The notes under the pieces were generated by a model. It saw only the letters and a list, made by a program, of their open reading frames with translations. It made no database searches and was not told the origin of the DNA. A stretch of DNA of 64,000 nt. It comes from Promethearchaeota archaeon (GTDB lineage: Archaea > Asgardarchaeota > Lokiarchaeia > Sigyniarchaeales > SOKP01). Below are positions 40,863-51,379 of the stretch, piece by piece; within the stretch, counting starts at the first letter, position 1, and the number at the start of each line of letters is the position of its first letter. The stretch covers positions 1 through 64,000 of the forward strand of contig JBHLNF010000012.1 in the NCBI GenBank assembly GCA_048937405.1, in the 5' to 3' direction. The position numbers were made by a program, and so were the translations under genes.

Positions 40863-42086
40863 TTAAGCTTTTTTCTCTCGTAAAGCTCTAATCATAGGTA
40901 AATCATTTCCGGAAAGGATTTCTAACATAGCTCCACCTGCAGTTGAGATAAAAGAAACATCATCTGCTTTTCCTGCCATTGAGGCTGCGGCACCCATTTC
41001 TCCTCCTCCTATTATCGTAAGGGCATTATTTTCTTTTGTTGCTCTTACCATAGTATTTACAATTTCATTTGTAGCTTTTCTGAAAACTTCCTTTTCAAAA
41101 ATACCTGGAGGACCATTTGCTACAATAGTTTTGCATTTCATGAGAATTTCATTAAATTTTTTTACTGTTTTCTCTCCAATATCTCCTGTTGTTGTATTAT
41201 ATGACCCAGCTTCATCAATTTCTATTGCTTTTCTATTACCATTTTCTTCTATAATTAAATCTTCTGGTAAAATGATTTTATCTTTATATTTATCATATGT
41301 ATGAGTAATCATATCTTTGTTTTCTTCAAGATCTTCTGCTATTATTTTATGATTAGGTTCACCCATATTTTTTCCTAAAGCTTCAAAGATTAAAATAGCG
41401 GTCAATCCTGAACAGAGTGCATAATCCAATTTATCATTGTCAAAATTAAATTTCATAGCTTTAAATTTATCTATAGCCTTTGCTCCACCTATAAGCATTG
41501 CCATTGGTTTATCGGGATTTTGCATGATTTTCTTCAAGGCATCTAATTCTCTATCTGTTATAGGACCAGCCATCATTTTTGGCCATCCTACAATGGAAGC
41601 ATGTGCACGATGAGCTGCTCCAAAGGCATCAACAATAACATAATCCACTAATGGGAAAAGTGTCTTCACCATTTCTGTATTTTCTGCTTCAGAAAAGTCT
41701 TTATATCCTTTCATTTCCCCCTCAAATTTTCGAACATTATTAAGAACTAAAACTTCACCCGGTTTTAGGTCCTTAATCGCTTGTTGTGCTTGTTCTCCAT
41801 AAATATCCTTAACAAACTTTACAGGTCGACCAAGATGTTTTTCTATCTCTCTCGCATGAATATCTAAATCTGTAAAATCTTTTTCTCCTGGACGGGATTG
41901 ATGTGCTAATATAATTACAGCACTTTTTTTGAAATATTCATTTAAAGCAGGTACGAGTGCTCGAATTCGAGGAGAATCTCTGATCTCCATTTTGTCTAAA
42001 TCAATATTTGAATTTATATCAACACGCATTAATATTTTCTTTCCCTCTAAATTCACATCTTTATATGATGTATAATCAATTTTCAT
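40863..42086 (-). CDS. pgk: Phosphoglycerate kinase
   Basis: RVDINS, AHQSRPG, DAFGAAHRAHAS, GGAK, NGPPGIFE, ISTAGGA. Confidence 0.95.
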   Translation of the reverse strand: MKIDYTSYKDVNLEGKKILMRVDINSNIDLDKMEIRDSPRIRALVPALNEYFKKSAVIILAHQSRPGEKDFTDLDIHAREIEKHLGRPVKFVKDIYGEQAQQAIKDLKPGEVLVLNNVRKFEGEMKGYKDFSEAENTEMVKTLFPLVDYVIVDAFGAAHRAHASIVGWPKMMAGPITDRELDALKKIMQNPDKPMAMLIGGAKAIDKFKAMKFNFDNDKLDYALCSGLTAILIFEALGKNMGEPNHKIIAEDLEENKDMITHTYDKYKDKIILPEDLIIEENGNRKAIEIDEAGSYNTTTGDIGEKTVKKFNEILMKCKTIVANGPPGIFEKEVFRKATNEIVNTMVRATKENNALTIIGGGEMGAAASMAGKADDVSFISTAGGAMLEILSGNDLPMIRALREKKA

Positions 42087-42248
42087 AAGTTTCTTCACTA
42101 TTAATTGAGATTAATATTTGATAATTTGGTAATTTATAATTATTTTGATTAGTTATTATCTTTTTTGAAATATTAGTAAAATACAAAATTTATGAAATGT
42201 TATTTAATTTAACTCAACAAAACTATAAAATGATATGGGAAGTATCAA

Positions 42249-43028
42249 ATGAGTGAAATCAGAAAGGTTCTCCTCGAATTACTCGAAAAAAAAATAAGTG
42301 TGGATGAAGCTGAAAAATTATTAAAAGTAAATGTCATTAAAGAAATTGGAGATCTCGCTAAACTTGATATATTTCGTAAAACTAGGACTGGTGTACCAGA
42401 AGTAATTTATGCTCAAAATAAAGACACCAATATATTGATTAATATTATTTCTGGATTTATTAACAGTAAGAAATTTGCCATAATTACACGTTATAATGAA
42501 GAACAAAAAAGAATGATAGTTGAAGAATTTGGAAAAAATAAGGATATTGTAATTGAAATAAATGACCTAGGGAAAATTATAACTGTGAAAGAACAATCAT
42601 TCAAATTTACTAAAAAAGAAGGTGTAGTGGGGATTATTACCGCGGGAAGTTCGGATATTCCTATTGCTATTGAAGCGGAGGTAATTGTAAAAGCCATGGG
42701 ATGTGATGTAGTCTCTAGTTATGATGTTGGGATTGCTGGTATTCATAGAATATTCGTTCCTTTAGGTGAAATGATAAAAAAAGGTGTTCATGTCATTATA
42801 GTATGTGCAGGTATGGAGGGAACACTACCCGGAGTTGTAGCATCTCTAGTGGATGTTCCAGTTATAGGTGTTCCAATCTCAAGTGGCTACGGAATAGGAG
42901 AAAAAGGAAAAGGAGCTTTAACCACGATGCTGCAATCCTGTTCTCCAGGATTATTAGTAGTAAATATAGATAATGGATTTGGTGCAGGAATTTCAGCGGC
43001 TCTGATAGCTAATAAAATTGCTGAATAA
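42249..43028 (+). CDS. larB: Nickel-pincer cofactor biosynthesis protein LarB
   Basis: RTGVPEVIY, AGSSD, DVGIAGIHR, AGMEGTL, GYG, VVNIDNGFGA. Confidence 0.93.
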   Translation: MSEIRKVLLELLEKKISVDEAEKLLKVNVIKEIGDLAKLDIFRKTRTGVPEVIYAQNKDTNILINIISGFINSKKFAIITRYNEEQKRMIVEEFGKNKDIVIEINDLGKIITVKEQSFKFTKKEGVVGIITAGSSDIPIAIEAEVIVKAMGCDVVSSYDVGIAGIHRIFVPLGEMIKKGVHVIIVCAGMEGTLPGVVASLVDVPVIGVPISSGYGIGEKGKGALTTMLQSCSPGLLVVNIDNGFGAGISAALIANKIAE

Positions 43029-43175
43029 TTTCTGTTAAAATATCAATTTTTTTTACTCATCAATAATTTATAAAAAAAATTGAAAAAATCCCTTTATTTG
43101 ATTTAGAAACATAAGTATAAAATTATTTAAAGATTCGAATTTAAATTTTCTGTAGTTAAAAAAAAATTAAAAAAT

Positions 43176-43850
43176 GTGAAATTTATGACACCAACAGCAG
43201 CTTCATTAGAAGCATTATCTAAACTTCGTGAATTGAATTCTGAAAACGGTTGGTACATCATTCCACTACTCGCTATAGTATTATATATTTATGGAACTGA
43301 AATTAAAAATGCACGAGAAACTGGAAATTGGAGTATTATCTTTGCAGGCCTAACTGTATTAGGTTTGGATTTGATTAATGAAATTTGGAATGGTCTTATA
43401 TTTGTGGCTACTAATTATTCAGCTTTTTGGACTACACCTGGAGCAAGTGCCTATATCATTCTGATTGGATGGAACATTGAAATTGCGTTTATGTTTTCAA
43501 TTGCAGGAATCATATTTGCTAAGTTTTTATCAGATGATAAAAGTAAAAAGATGCTTGGGCTTTCTAATCGATGGGCTATGGCAATTGGATTTTCAATCTT
43601 TTGTGTAATAATTGAGATTTTTTTAAATATTGGAAATTATTTAATTTGGGCTTATTGGTGGTGGAATTGGTATAATCCAATTTTAATCTTTTTGATAGGA
43701 TATTTTCATTTTTTTGTAATAGCCTTTTATGTATATGATTTGCCAGATAAGAAATCTAAAGTGAAAGTAGTAGGTATTATCTATGCTGTAGGATTTGTAT
43801 TATTATGTATCTTTTTGCCTTTAGGTATTGTTGGAATTATTAATTTTTAA
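43176..43850 (+). CDS. Multi-pass membrane protein, unknown function
   Basis: About 6-7 hydrophobic segments; NEIWN and GWNIEIAFMF motifs. Confidence 0.7.
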   Translation: MKFMTPTAASLEALSKLRELNSENGWYIIPLLAIVLYIYGTEIKNARETGNWSIIFAGLTVLGLDLINEIWNGLIFVATNYSAFWTTPGASAYIILIGWNIEIAFMFSIAGIIFAKFLSDDKSKKMLGLSNRWAMAIGFSIFCVIIEIFLNIGNYLIWAYWWWNWYNPILIFLIGYFHFFVIAFYVYDLPDKKSKVKVVGIIYAVGFVLLCIFLPLGIVGIINF

Positions 43851-44164
43851 TTCAATAAACTCTTTTTTTTTGAAAATTTGATCTTCTTTGATTAAAAATA
43901 GTTAAGAGAGGGCAATTAAATTTTAGTTAAATATCTTTTTATTTAAATAGATGTATTTAAGTGAATTCTTTGCTTTAAGAGTGCATTACCAATTTCCTAA
44001 ATATCATCCCTTTTCAAGAAAAAGTGCGATCTTAAAGTCCAAAATTACATTAATTTTAATATAGATAAGTATAAATATAGAAAATAATATAATAATACTT
44101 GAACTTATTTTCTAATTTATAATATCTTAAAAAAAAATTCCACGAATAAGTAGTTGAGACCCAA

Positions 44165-44707
44165 ATGGTCGCATCTATTGATCATACCGAACTTTTTGAA
44201 AAATCTAGAAAGTTTTTTGAGGATGGTGATATCCTTAAAACATTAGAAAATTACGAACGAGCAATGGAGCGTATTGATCGATCACAGATTAAAAATAAAC
44301 AAGAATACATTCAATTTCTTGAATCAATCTTAAATTATTGCAGAGAAAAAAACTTAACCGAACAGGAAGCTCTCGTTCTAAGAGCATTAGGCAGAACATG
44401 CTCAATATTTAAACAATATCCTGAGAGCATGAAGTATCATTATCAGTCATTAAAAATTCAAAAAAGACTTGGTAAAAAGAAAGAAACTGCAGAGGGTTTA
44501 GTTTTTCTTGCAGAAGATTTGGAAGTATCAGGAAACTTCGATAAATGCATTCAAACGTTCCAAGAAGCTTCAGATTTATTTAAAGAAATGGGTAAATTAA
44601 AGAAAGTTAAGGAAATAAAGAAAGAAATATCGAGGCTGGAAGAATTCTCAAGAGAAATGGTCGAAGACGAGTATATGTTACATAAATTTCATGTTGATAA
44701 ATATTAA
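44165..44707 (+). CDS. TPR-repeat protein
   Basis: 'LRALGRTCSIFKQYPESMKYHYQSLKI' TPR pattern. Confidence 0.75.
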   Translation: MVASIDHTELFEKSRKFFEDGDILKTLENYERAMERIDRSQIKNKQEYIQFLESILNYCREKNLTEQEALVLRALGRTCSIFKQYPESMKYHYQSLKIQKRLGKKKETAEGLVFLAEDLEVSGNFDKCIQTFQEASDLFKEMGKLKKVKEIKKEISRLEEFSREMVEDEYMLHKFHVDKY

Positions 44708-44766
44708 GTTTGATATTGAAACTTATTTACCAACTTTATTTTTTTTATATAATTTTTATCTTTGAG

Positions 44767-46056
44767 TTATTTGAAAAATTCCTCATAGATCTGTTTAACT
44801 TTTGCTTGAGCAATAAATTGTATTTTTTTAAGAGGTAATCCTGTTTCTTCACTTATTTTCTTTAAATCATCAAATTCTGGTTTAATATTAACAATTTCTA
44901 TTTTATTATCTGATTCAATGAATGAAATCTTATAGCCTAAATTAAACAAATTTTTATCTACTTCAATGTTTTTTTTCTCAAACTTTCTTTTAATACACAC
45001 TCGATTTATCACTTGAAATCTTACCCCTAAAGTCCCTAATTCATATATAATCTTTTCAATTATTTTAAAAATCTGATCAGGTAAACAAAGAATTTTTATA
45101 ATATATCCAGGTCTATTTTTTTTTGTTTGAGTTGGAATAATTTGAACATCTAGGATATTTTCTTTCTCTAATTTACTAATAAAATTACCAAGAATTTCTC
45201 CTGATACATCATCAACGTCAGTTTCTAATATAGCAACTTCTTTAATAAATTTCTGTAAAGGATGATAAAATTCTTTCATGTGAGAGACCTCAATTTTACC
45301 ATAAAAAATTCTCAGGATATTTAAAAAATTTTTGAACTCTTTTTGTCCTGTACTATAGATAGATTTAATAATTCTCATTTCGTTTGGATATTGAAGAACT
45401 ATTGGATCTAAATTTGAAATTAAAGCAGCTCCTGTAGGTGTTACCAATTCAGAATCTATAGGACCCCCAAAGGTAATTAAATTTGAGTTTTGTAAAATCT
45501 TTATTGTTGCGGGAGCAGGAATTGCTAAAGTACCATGTTTAGTATCAACTGTTCCACCACCTAAAGGGATTTTACTACAGAAAATTTGAAAATCTTTCTC
45601 AAAAGCTTTAATTTTATCAAGAGTAATTGCTACTCCAGAAATATCTATAAGAGTGTCAACAGAACTAAGTTCATGGAGATGAATGTTTTCAGTTAATTTT
45701 CCATGAACCTTAGATTCTGCTTGAATTAATGTATTTAAAACATTTTTTGCATAAAGGGATGCATTATTTGAGATTTCGATACCTTCAAGAAAATTATTTA
45801 ATGATCTTTTCAATATTTTAGCATTTCTATGTTCTTTGTTTTCCTTAATTTCAATTTTTAGTTGATTCAATTGAATACCAGAACGTTCAGTGTTAACCAA
45901 ATCTATTTTTAATTTTATAACTCCTGGTAAGTAATTTTTTAAATCCTCCAATTTTATTAAAAGAGCTTCAGATTCTGGAATTAACCCTAATAGAGAACTA
46001 AGGAACATATCTCCTGAAATTCCAGAGTTATTCATGTCGATATATAATGTTCTCAT
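44767..46056 (-). CDS. larC: Nickel insertase LarC (single uninterrupted ORF)
   Basis: SGISGDM, AESKVHG, HLHEL, HGTLAIPAPAT, ELVTPTGAAL, ETDVDD, KKNRPG, GTLGVR, KPEFDD. Confidence 0.92.
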   Translation of the reverse strand: MRTLYIDMNNSGISGDMFLSSLLGLIPESEALLIKLEDLKNYLPGVIKLKIDLVNTERSGIQLNQLKIEIKENKEHRNAKILKRSLNNFLEGIEISNNASLYAKNVLNTLIQAESKVHGKLTENIHLHELSSVDTLIDISGVAITLDKIKAFEKDFQIFCSKIPLGGGTVDTKHGTLAIPAPATIKILQNSNLITFGGPIDSELVTPTGAALISNLDPIVLQYPNEMRIIKSIYSTGQKEFKNFLNILRIFYGKIEVSHMKEFYHPLQKFIKEVAILETDVDDVSGEILGNFISKLEKENILDVQIIPTQTKKNRPGYIIKILCLPDQIFKIIEKIIYELGTLGVRFQVINRVCIKRKFEKKNIEVDKNLFNLGYKISFIESDNKIEIVNIKPEFDDLKKISEETGLPLKKIQFIAQAKVKQIYEEFFK

Positions 46057-46187
46057 TTTATTACTTCATAAAAATGGGTAAATTATTCTATAAATTATGT
46101 AATAACAATTTTATAATTATATTATCTTTTTAATAATATTAAGAATTATTAAAAATAAATAATAAATTCATACTTAGAGTATATATT

Positions 46188-46922
46188 ATGTCAGAACTAC
46201 AAACTATAAAATGTTACTTGAATCAATTACCAGCAACTATTTTGAAATTATTAGATGTTGAACCGCCACATGGTACCATCCCAGAAGCAGTTCAACAAAT
46301 CTTGGATTTATATCAAGGAATCGAGCGTATTAGTATAAATCTGATAGATAATTTTGGTCTTTTTGAGATCACATATCTTAAACCACATTTTATGATAACT
46401 AACTCTGAAGTAATGTTATTATTAAGCACTAAAAATCCTTACACATTAGGAGTCTTGCATCAATTAATATATGGAGGTTTTGAGATTGAACCTAATGGAT
46501 TTCATCTACTAAAAACGATAGAATCTGCAGGTAAAACATCATGCTTTATTGGTAGAAAAAAGGATTTAGAGAGATATGATGGAGGAACAAAATCTATTCC
46601 AAAAGATACTGATATGGCTACATGGGTGGAAAGTGCAAAAGCTATTAATACCCATCAGCTTTCTTGGATGCATTATTTAGATTTTGAGAATTTACATAAA
46701 CAACAACAACAATTAAAACAAAGAACTCCCGAAGATTTGATAGAAAAATTAATAAATAGAACGGATAAATGGATTTTAAGTAATTACAAGCAACTCAGAT
46801 CTAATTCATTGATGATAATTATAGGTGATCATGGTAGGGTAAAGTTAAACCTTGAATATTCTGGCAAAATAGCACAATGGCGTGAAGCTAGTGTACCAAT
46901 TGCCATTTTAATAAGAAAATGA
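46188..46922 (+). CDS. Short alkaline-phosphatase/nucleotide-pyrophosphatase-superfamily-like protein
   Basis: LIDNFG, HYLDFE..H, IIGDHG. Confidence 0.5.
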   Translation: MSELQTIKCYLNQLPATILKLLDVEPPHGTIPEAVQQILDLYQGIERISINLIDNFGLFEITYLKPHFMITNSEVMLLLSTKNPYTLGVLHQLIYGGFEIEPNGFHLLKTIESAGKTSCFIGRKKDLERYDGGTKSIPKDTDMATWVESAKAINTHQLSWMHYLDFENLHKQQQQLKQRTPEDLIEKLINRTDKWILSNYKQLRSNSLMIIIGDHGRVKLNLEYSGKIAQWREASVPIAILIRK

Positions 46923-46928
46923 ATATTA

Positions 46929-48443
46929 TTATTTTCCTGAGAATTTGGAAATAACAAATTTTTGATAGTCATGGAGTTTTTTTAGTACGATTGCAGCTTT
47001 CTCAGGATCTCCTCCAATAAGCATCGTGTTATTTTCATCATATTTATCAAAAGAAAGGCTATCTATACTAGGTGGAATAGCAATATAAATGATCTTTTTA
47101 GCAGGAAATTTTTGACATAGTTCAAATTCCATTTTACTTTCTCTCTCAGACCTCTCAGTTGATCTTTGAATCATTATTTCCGCCATTTTTTTCCCAAATT
47201 CATTCATAGGCTTTATTCTTTTAATTCGATCAATAGTAGCAGCAGATGCCCTTGTAAGAATTACATCAAAGCAATTAGAATTTAACATTAGTTCAATAAT
47301 TTTCCTATAAGCGTTAGGATTTCGAGTAGCGACCATATCAACAGGATTATTATGACTCCAATAAAAAGGAAGATGTTTTGAAATATCTTCTATTAATTTG
47401 GGACCGTTTGGCTCTGCATTTAAATCAACAACATTAATTCCGTGTTTTTCACAAAGATCTGCAAGATGAACAATAAAACCACCTCCCCCGCTAATTATTC
47501 CAACTCTTAGGCGCCCATTAGTAGGAAGCGGTAACAAATATTGTGCTCCCTTCACTAGATAAATAAATTGGTCTATTTGATCCGCCAGAATGACCCCTGT
47601 CTGTTTAAATAAAGATCTGTAAATATCTAATGAACCTGCAATTGACCCAGTATGACTGTTTGCAGCTCTTGCACCACTTTTAGTGGTCCCAGCTTTAAGA
47701 AAAATGATTGGTTTTATTTTTGATGTTTCAGAACAAATTTCTCTAAATCTTTTCCCTGCTCTTAAGCCCTCCGCAAACAAAGCTATTGTTTTAGTTTCTG
47801 GATCCTGAGAATAATAATCTAAGTAATCCTCTAAAGTAAGGGATGCTTCGTTCCCACTTGAGACAAAATATCGGATATTTTGAAACGCATTACACAATAC
47901 AGTTCCCATTGTACCTGATTGAGAAATAATTGATATATTTCCAGGTCTAGGCATCATATATCCAAAACCTAAATGAATAGGAGATGTTTTATCTTCTGAT
48001 GAATAAAATCCCATGGAATTAGGGCCTACAAAAATCAAACCTCCTTTTTCAGCCACCTTAATCAATTCCTTATTTTCATCTTGTCTTTCTTCAGTTTTTA
48101 CTTCACCGAATCCTGCGGTAATAATCGCTGCCGTTCTGACTCCATTTTCAATCGCCTGTTTGATTGAATCCACAACAGCATGCGGAGGAACTACAACACC
48201 AACGAGATCGATAGGTTCTGGACATTTATCCAATGAGGGATATACATCATTTCCTAATATTTTCATATTTTCATATTTAGGATTCTGATTTATACCATAT
48301 ATCTTCTTCCTAAAACCACAACTTAAAACATTTCCAAATACCGAATAACCAATTTTTTTTATATTGTCAGTTGCTCCTATAATTGCCACATTTTTAGGAT
48401 TTAAAAGAACTTTCATTAATTCTAATTTTTCTTCGATATCCAT
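46929..48443 (-). CDS. ADP-forming acyl-CoA synthetase alpha subunit (copy 1)
   Basis: GPNSMG, SQSG, SSGNEA, SHTGSIAG (phospho-His), NPVD. Confidence 0.9.
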   Translation of the reverse strand: MDIEEKLELMKVLLNPKNVAIIGATDNIKKIGYSVFGNVLSCGFRKKIYGINQNPKYENMKILGNDVYPSLDKCPEPIDLVGVVVPPHAVVDSIKQAIENGVRTAAIITAGFGEVKTEERQDENKELIKVAEKGGLIFVGPNSMGFYSSEDKTSPIHLGFGYMMPRPGNISIISQSGTMGTVLCNAFQNIRYFVSSGNEASLTLEDYLDYYSQDPETKTIALFAEGLRAGKRFREICSETSKIKPIIFLKAGTTKSGARAANSHTGSIAGSLDIYRSLFKQTGVILADQIDQFIYLVKGAQYLLPLPTNGRLRVGIISGGGGFIVHLADLCEKHGINVVDLNAEPNGPKLIEDISKHLPFYWSHNNPVDMVATRNPNAYRKIIELMLNSNCFDVILTRASAATIDRIKRIKPMNEFGKKMAEIMIQRSTERSERESKMEFELCQKFPAKKIIYIAIPPSIDSLSFDKYDENNTMLIGGDPEKAAIVLKKLHDYQKFVISKFSGK

Positions 48444-48686
48444 TATTCATTCTTCCAAGTCTAAATTGTTAATTGAAGATATAATATGTATTAAATAGAT
48501 TCGTAAAGGATTGAAAAAATATTAATTTTCTCAATATGGTTAATTAAAAAACTTACAATAAGAGTGAAAATTAAAAATTATGATAAAAATATGAAATTGA
48601 TTAGAAAAATTTTGAAAAAGGAAAGAGTTTATTATATTTCAATTTAAAACTATATATTTCTATTTTTTATAAGGAAATAAACCATA

Positions 48687-50198
48687 TTATTTTCCTAAGG
48701 ATTCAGAATTAACATATTTTTGGTAATCATGGAGTTTTTTTAGTACTATTGCTGCATTCTCAGGATTTCCTCCAATAACCATCATATTATTTTCATCATA
48801 TTTTTGAAAAGAAGGACCCCCCATATTGGGTGGAATGGCAATATAAATAATCTTTTTACTTGGATATTTTTGATGCAATTCAATTTCTTTTTTATACCCA
48901 TCTTCAAACATTTGACTTGCTCTTTGTCTCATCAGCTCAGCTAATCTTTTTCCAATCTCATTCATAGGTTTTAATTCTTTCACTCTATCGAGAAATGTAG
49001 CAGATGCCATTGTAAGAATTACATCAAAGCAATCGGAATTCAACATTAATTTGATAATTTCATACCCGTCAGCATTACGGGTAGCGACCATATCAACAGG
49101 ATTATTATGGCTCCAATAAAAAGGAAGATGTTTTGATATATCATCTATTAGTTTGGGACCATTTGGCTCCGTTCTTAAATCAACAACATTAATTCCATGT
49201 TTTTCACAAAGATCTGCAAGGTGAACTATGATTCCACCGCCTCCACTAATTATTCCAACTCTTAGGTGCCCATTTGTAGGAAGAGGTAATAAATACTGTG
49301 CTCCCTTCACTAAATAAATAAATTGATCTATTTGATCTGCAGAGATTACTCCTGTCTGTTTAAATAAAGATCTGTAAATATCTAATGAACCCGCAATTGA
49401 CCCAGTATGACTATTTGCAGCTCTAGCCCCACTTTTAGTAGTTCCAGCTTTGAGAAAAATGATTGGTTTTGTTTTTGATGTTTCAGAGCAAATTTCTCTG
49501 AATCTTTTTCCTGCTCTTAAGCCCTCCGCAAATAATGCTATTGTTTTAGTTTCTGGATCCTGAGAATAATACTCTAAGTAATCCTCTAGAGTAAGGGATG
49601 CTTCGTTCCCACTTGAGACAAAATATCGGATATTTTGAAAGGCATTGCATAAAATAGTTCCCATTGTTCCCGATTGAGAAACTATCGACAAATTTCCAGG
49701 TCTAGGCAACATGAATCCAAAACCTAAATGGAGGGGGGATGTTTTATCTTCTGATGAATAAAATCCCATGGAATTAGGGCCTACAAAAATCAAACCTCCT
49801 TTTTCAGCCACCTTAATCAATTCCTTATTTTCATCTTGTCTTTTTTCAGTTTTTACTTCACCGAATCCTGCGGTAATAATCGCTGCCGTTCTGACTCCAT
49901 TTTCAATCGCTTGTTTGACTGAATCCACAACAGCATCAGGGGGAACAACGATTCCGACAAGATCTATTGGTTCTGGACATTTATCCAGTGAGGGATAGAC
50001 ATCATTTCCTAGAATTTTCTTGTTTTTATATTTAGGATTCTGATTTATACCATAAATCTTCTTCGTAAATCCACAACTTAAAACACTCCCCAACACCATA
50101 AAGCCAATCTTCATTATACTGTCAGTTGCCCCCATAACTGCCACATTTTTAGGATTAAACATTATTTTCATTAATTCCAACTTTTCTTCAATATCCAT
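48687..50198 (-). CDS. ADP-forming acyl-CoA synthetase alpha subunit (copy 2)
   Basis: Same motifs; long stretches identical to copy 1. Confidence 0.9.
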   Translation of the reverse strand: MDIEEKLELMKIMFNPKNVAVMGATDSIMKIGFMVLGSVLSCGFTKKIYGINQNPKYKNKKILGNDVYPSLDKCPEPIDLVGIVVPPDAVVDSVKQAIENGVRTAAIITAGFGEVKTEKRQDENKELIKVAEKGGLIFVGPNSMGFYSSEDKTSPLHLGFGFMLPRPGNLSIVSQSGTMGTILCNAFQNIRYFVSSGNEASLTLEDYLEYYSQDPETKTIALFAEGLRAGKRFREICSETSKTKPIIFLKAGTTKSGARAANSHTGSIAGSLDIYRSLFKQTGVISADQIDQFIYLVKGAQYLLPLPTNGHLRVGIISGGGGIIVHLADLCEKHGINVVDLRTEPNGPKLIDDISKHLPFYWSHNNPVDMVATRNADGYEIIKLMLNSDCFDVILTMASATFLDRVKELKPMNEIGKRLAELMRQRASQMFEDGYKKEIELHQKYPSKKIIYIAIPPNMGGPSFQKYDENNMMVIGGNPENAAIVLKKLHDYQKYVNSESLGK

Positions 50199-50416
50199 TT
50201 TTCATTCCTCAAAGTTTAGATTGTCATTTGATGATATAATATAAAATAAGTAGATTCGTAAAGGATTCAAAAAATATTAATTTTCTCAATATGGTTGATT
50301 AAAGAACTTACAATAAGAGTGAAAATTAAAAATTATGATTACAATACAAAATTGAATTAAAAATTTTTATAAGGAAATAATTAAATATATTTCAATTTAA
50401 AACTATAAATTCCTAA

Positions 50417-50932
50417 TTGCCTAAAATGGAAGAATATAAACGCTTTACAATTTCACTTCCTCAAGATTTATACCAAAAATTTGAGGAATTTAGAAATAAG
50501 ATAGGAATATCAAGATCCGATGCTATTAGAAAAGCTATGCATCTTTTTATGATACAAGAAGAAAATATTTCTATAGCATCTGAAAATGTTGTAGGATGTA
50601 TTACATTAATTATGACTCATGAGCATGTCGATTTAAATCATGAACATTCTCATCACGACTTACATGATTCTGAACATGATCATGATTATAGCTCAAAATC
50701 TTTATATGCTAATGTTCAACAAACAGATGAAATCCTTAAAAATGATATTCAACATCATTTTCACGATATTATTATATCTACAATGCATATCCACTTGGAA
50801 TATGAAAAATGTCTTGAAATAATAGCAGTTTCTGGTCCTTTCAATCGAGTTAAAAGATTAAAAGATGATCTTCAACGGTTAAAAAGTGTTTTATCTATTG
50901 GATTCTTCATTATTGATAAAAAAATCGAATAA
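50417..50932 (+). CDS. nikR: NikR-family ribbon-helix-helix regulator with His-rich insertion
   Basis: RFTISLP...SRSDAIRKAM; QHHFHDIIISTMHIHL...CLEII; insert HEHSHHDLHDSEHDHD. Confidence 0.85.
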   Translation: MPKMEEYKRFTISLPQDLYQKFEEFRNKIGISRSDAIRKAMHLFMIQEENISIASENVVGCITLIMTHEHVDLNHEHSHHDLHDSEHDHDYSSKSLYANVQQTDEILKNDIQHHFHDIIISTMHIHLEYEKCLEIIAVSGPFNRVKRLKDDLQRLKSVLSIGFFIIDKKIE

Positions 50933-51181
50933 AATATTAAAAAGAGATCCTATAAGGAAGTAATAAAATAAGAATAAATTATTCCATGTACTCTAGAAAG
51001 AGATTAAGGTATAAGGCGATTTAGGTTGGAATATTTATTCTTTATTTTTTTAGGGTCGTGTGTGTTAATTGCATAATTAAATTTTGTAAATTAAAGCATC
51101 AAGAGACAACAAATTTAGTAATTTTACTTTAAGAATTAATTAGATTAAAAAATAAAAAAAAAAAGTATACTTTAACTAGGA

Positions 51182-51379
51182 TTATAAATCTTTTTCTTGG
51201 ACTGTTTTTCTATTATTTGCCTTAGCTCTTCCGATTGCTTTGTCGAGAACTCCAATGATTGCATCATTAAGTGCAGGACCATCAATTAAATCTCCACTTG
51301 TGTTACATCCTTTACTTTTTATATATTCTCGGACTTTACTTTTCACAAAAAGAGCCTCTACAGCAGGTTTTTTAGCCAT
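51182..51379 (-). CDS. Short histone-fold protein of the non-nucleosomal (Bd0055/HLp-like, alpha3-truncated) type
   Basis: LFVKSKVREYIKSKG.NTSGD...AIGRAKANNRKTVQEKDL (RxTxxxxD); GGAGG SD. Confidence 0.8.
   Translation of the reverse strand: MAKKPAVEALFVKSKVREYIKSKGCNTSGDLIDGPALNDAIIGVLDKAIGRAKANNRKTVQEKDL

Larger units (their letters stand above)
46929..50407. repeat. Tandem duplication of ~1.75 kb (46929-48654 / 48687-50407) including the upstream intergenic DNA
   Basis: Paralogous CDSs; 89-bp blocks 48496-48584 and 50251-50339 differ at 3 positions; both units end in tatatttcaatttaaaactata. Confidence 0.9.

Noticed and set aside
44767-46056. Programmed frameshift in larC
   Set aside because: Both LarC halves lie in one continuous frame.
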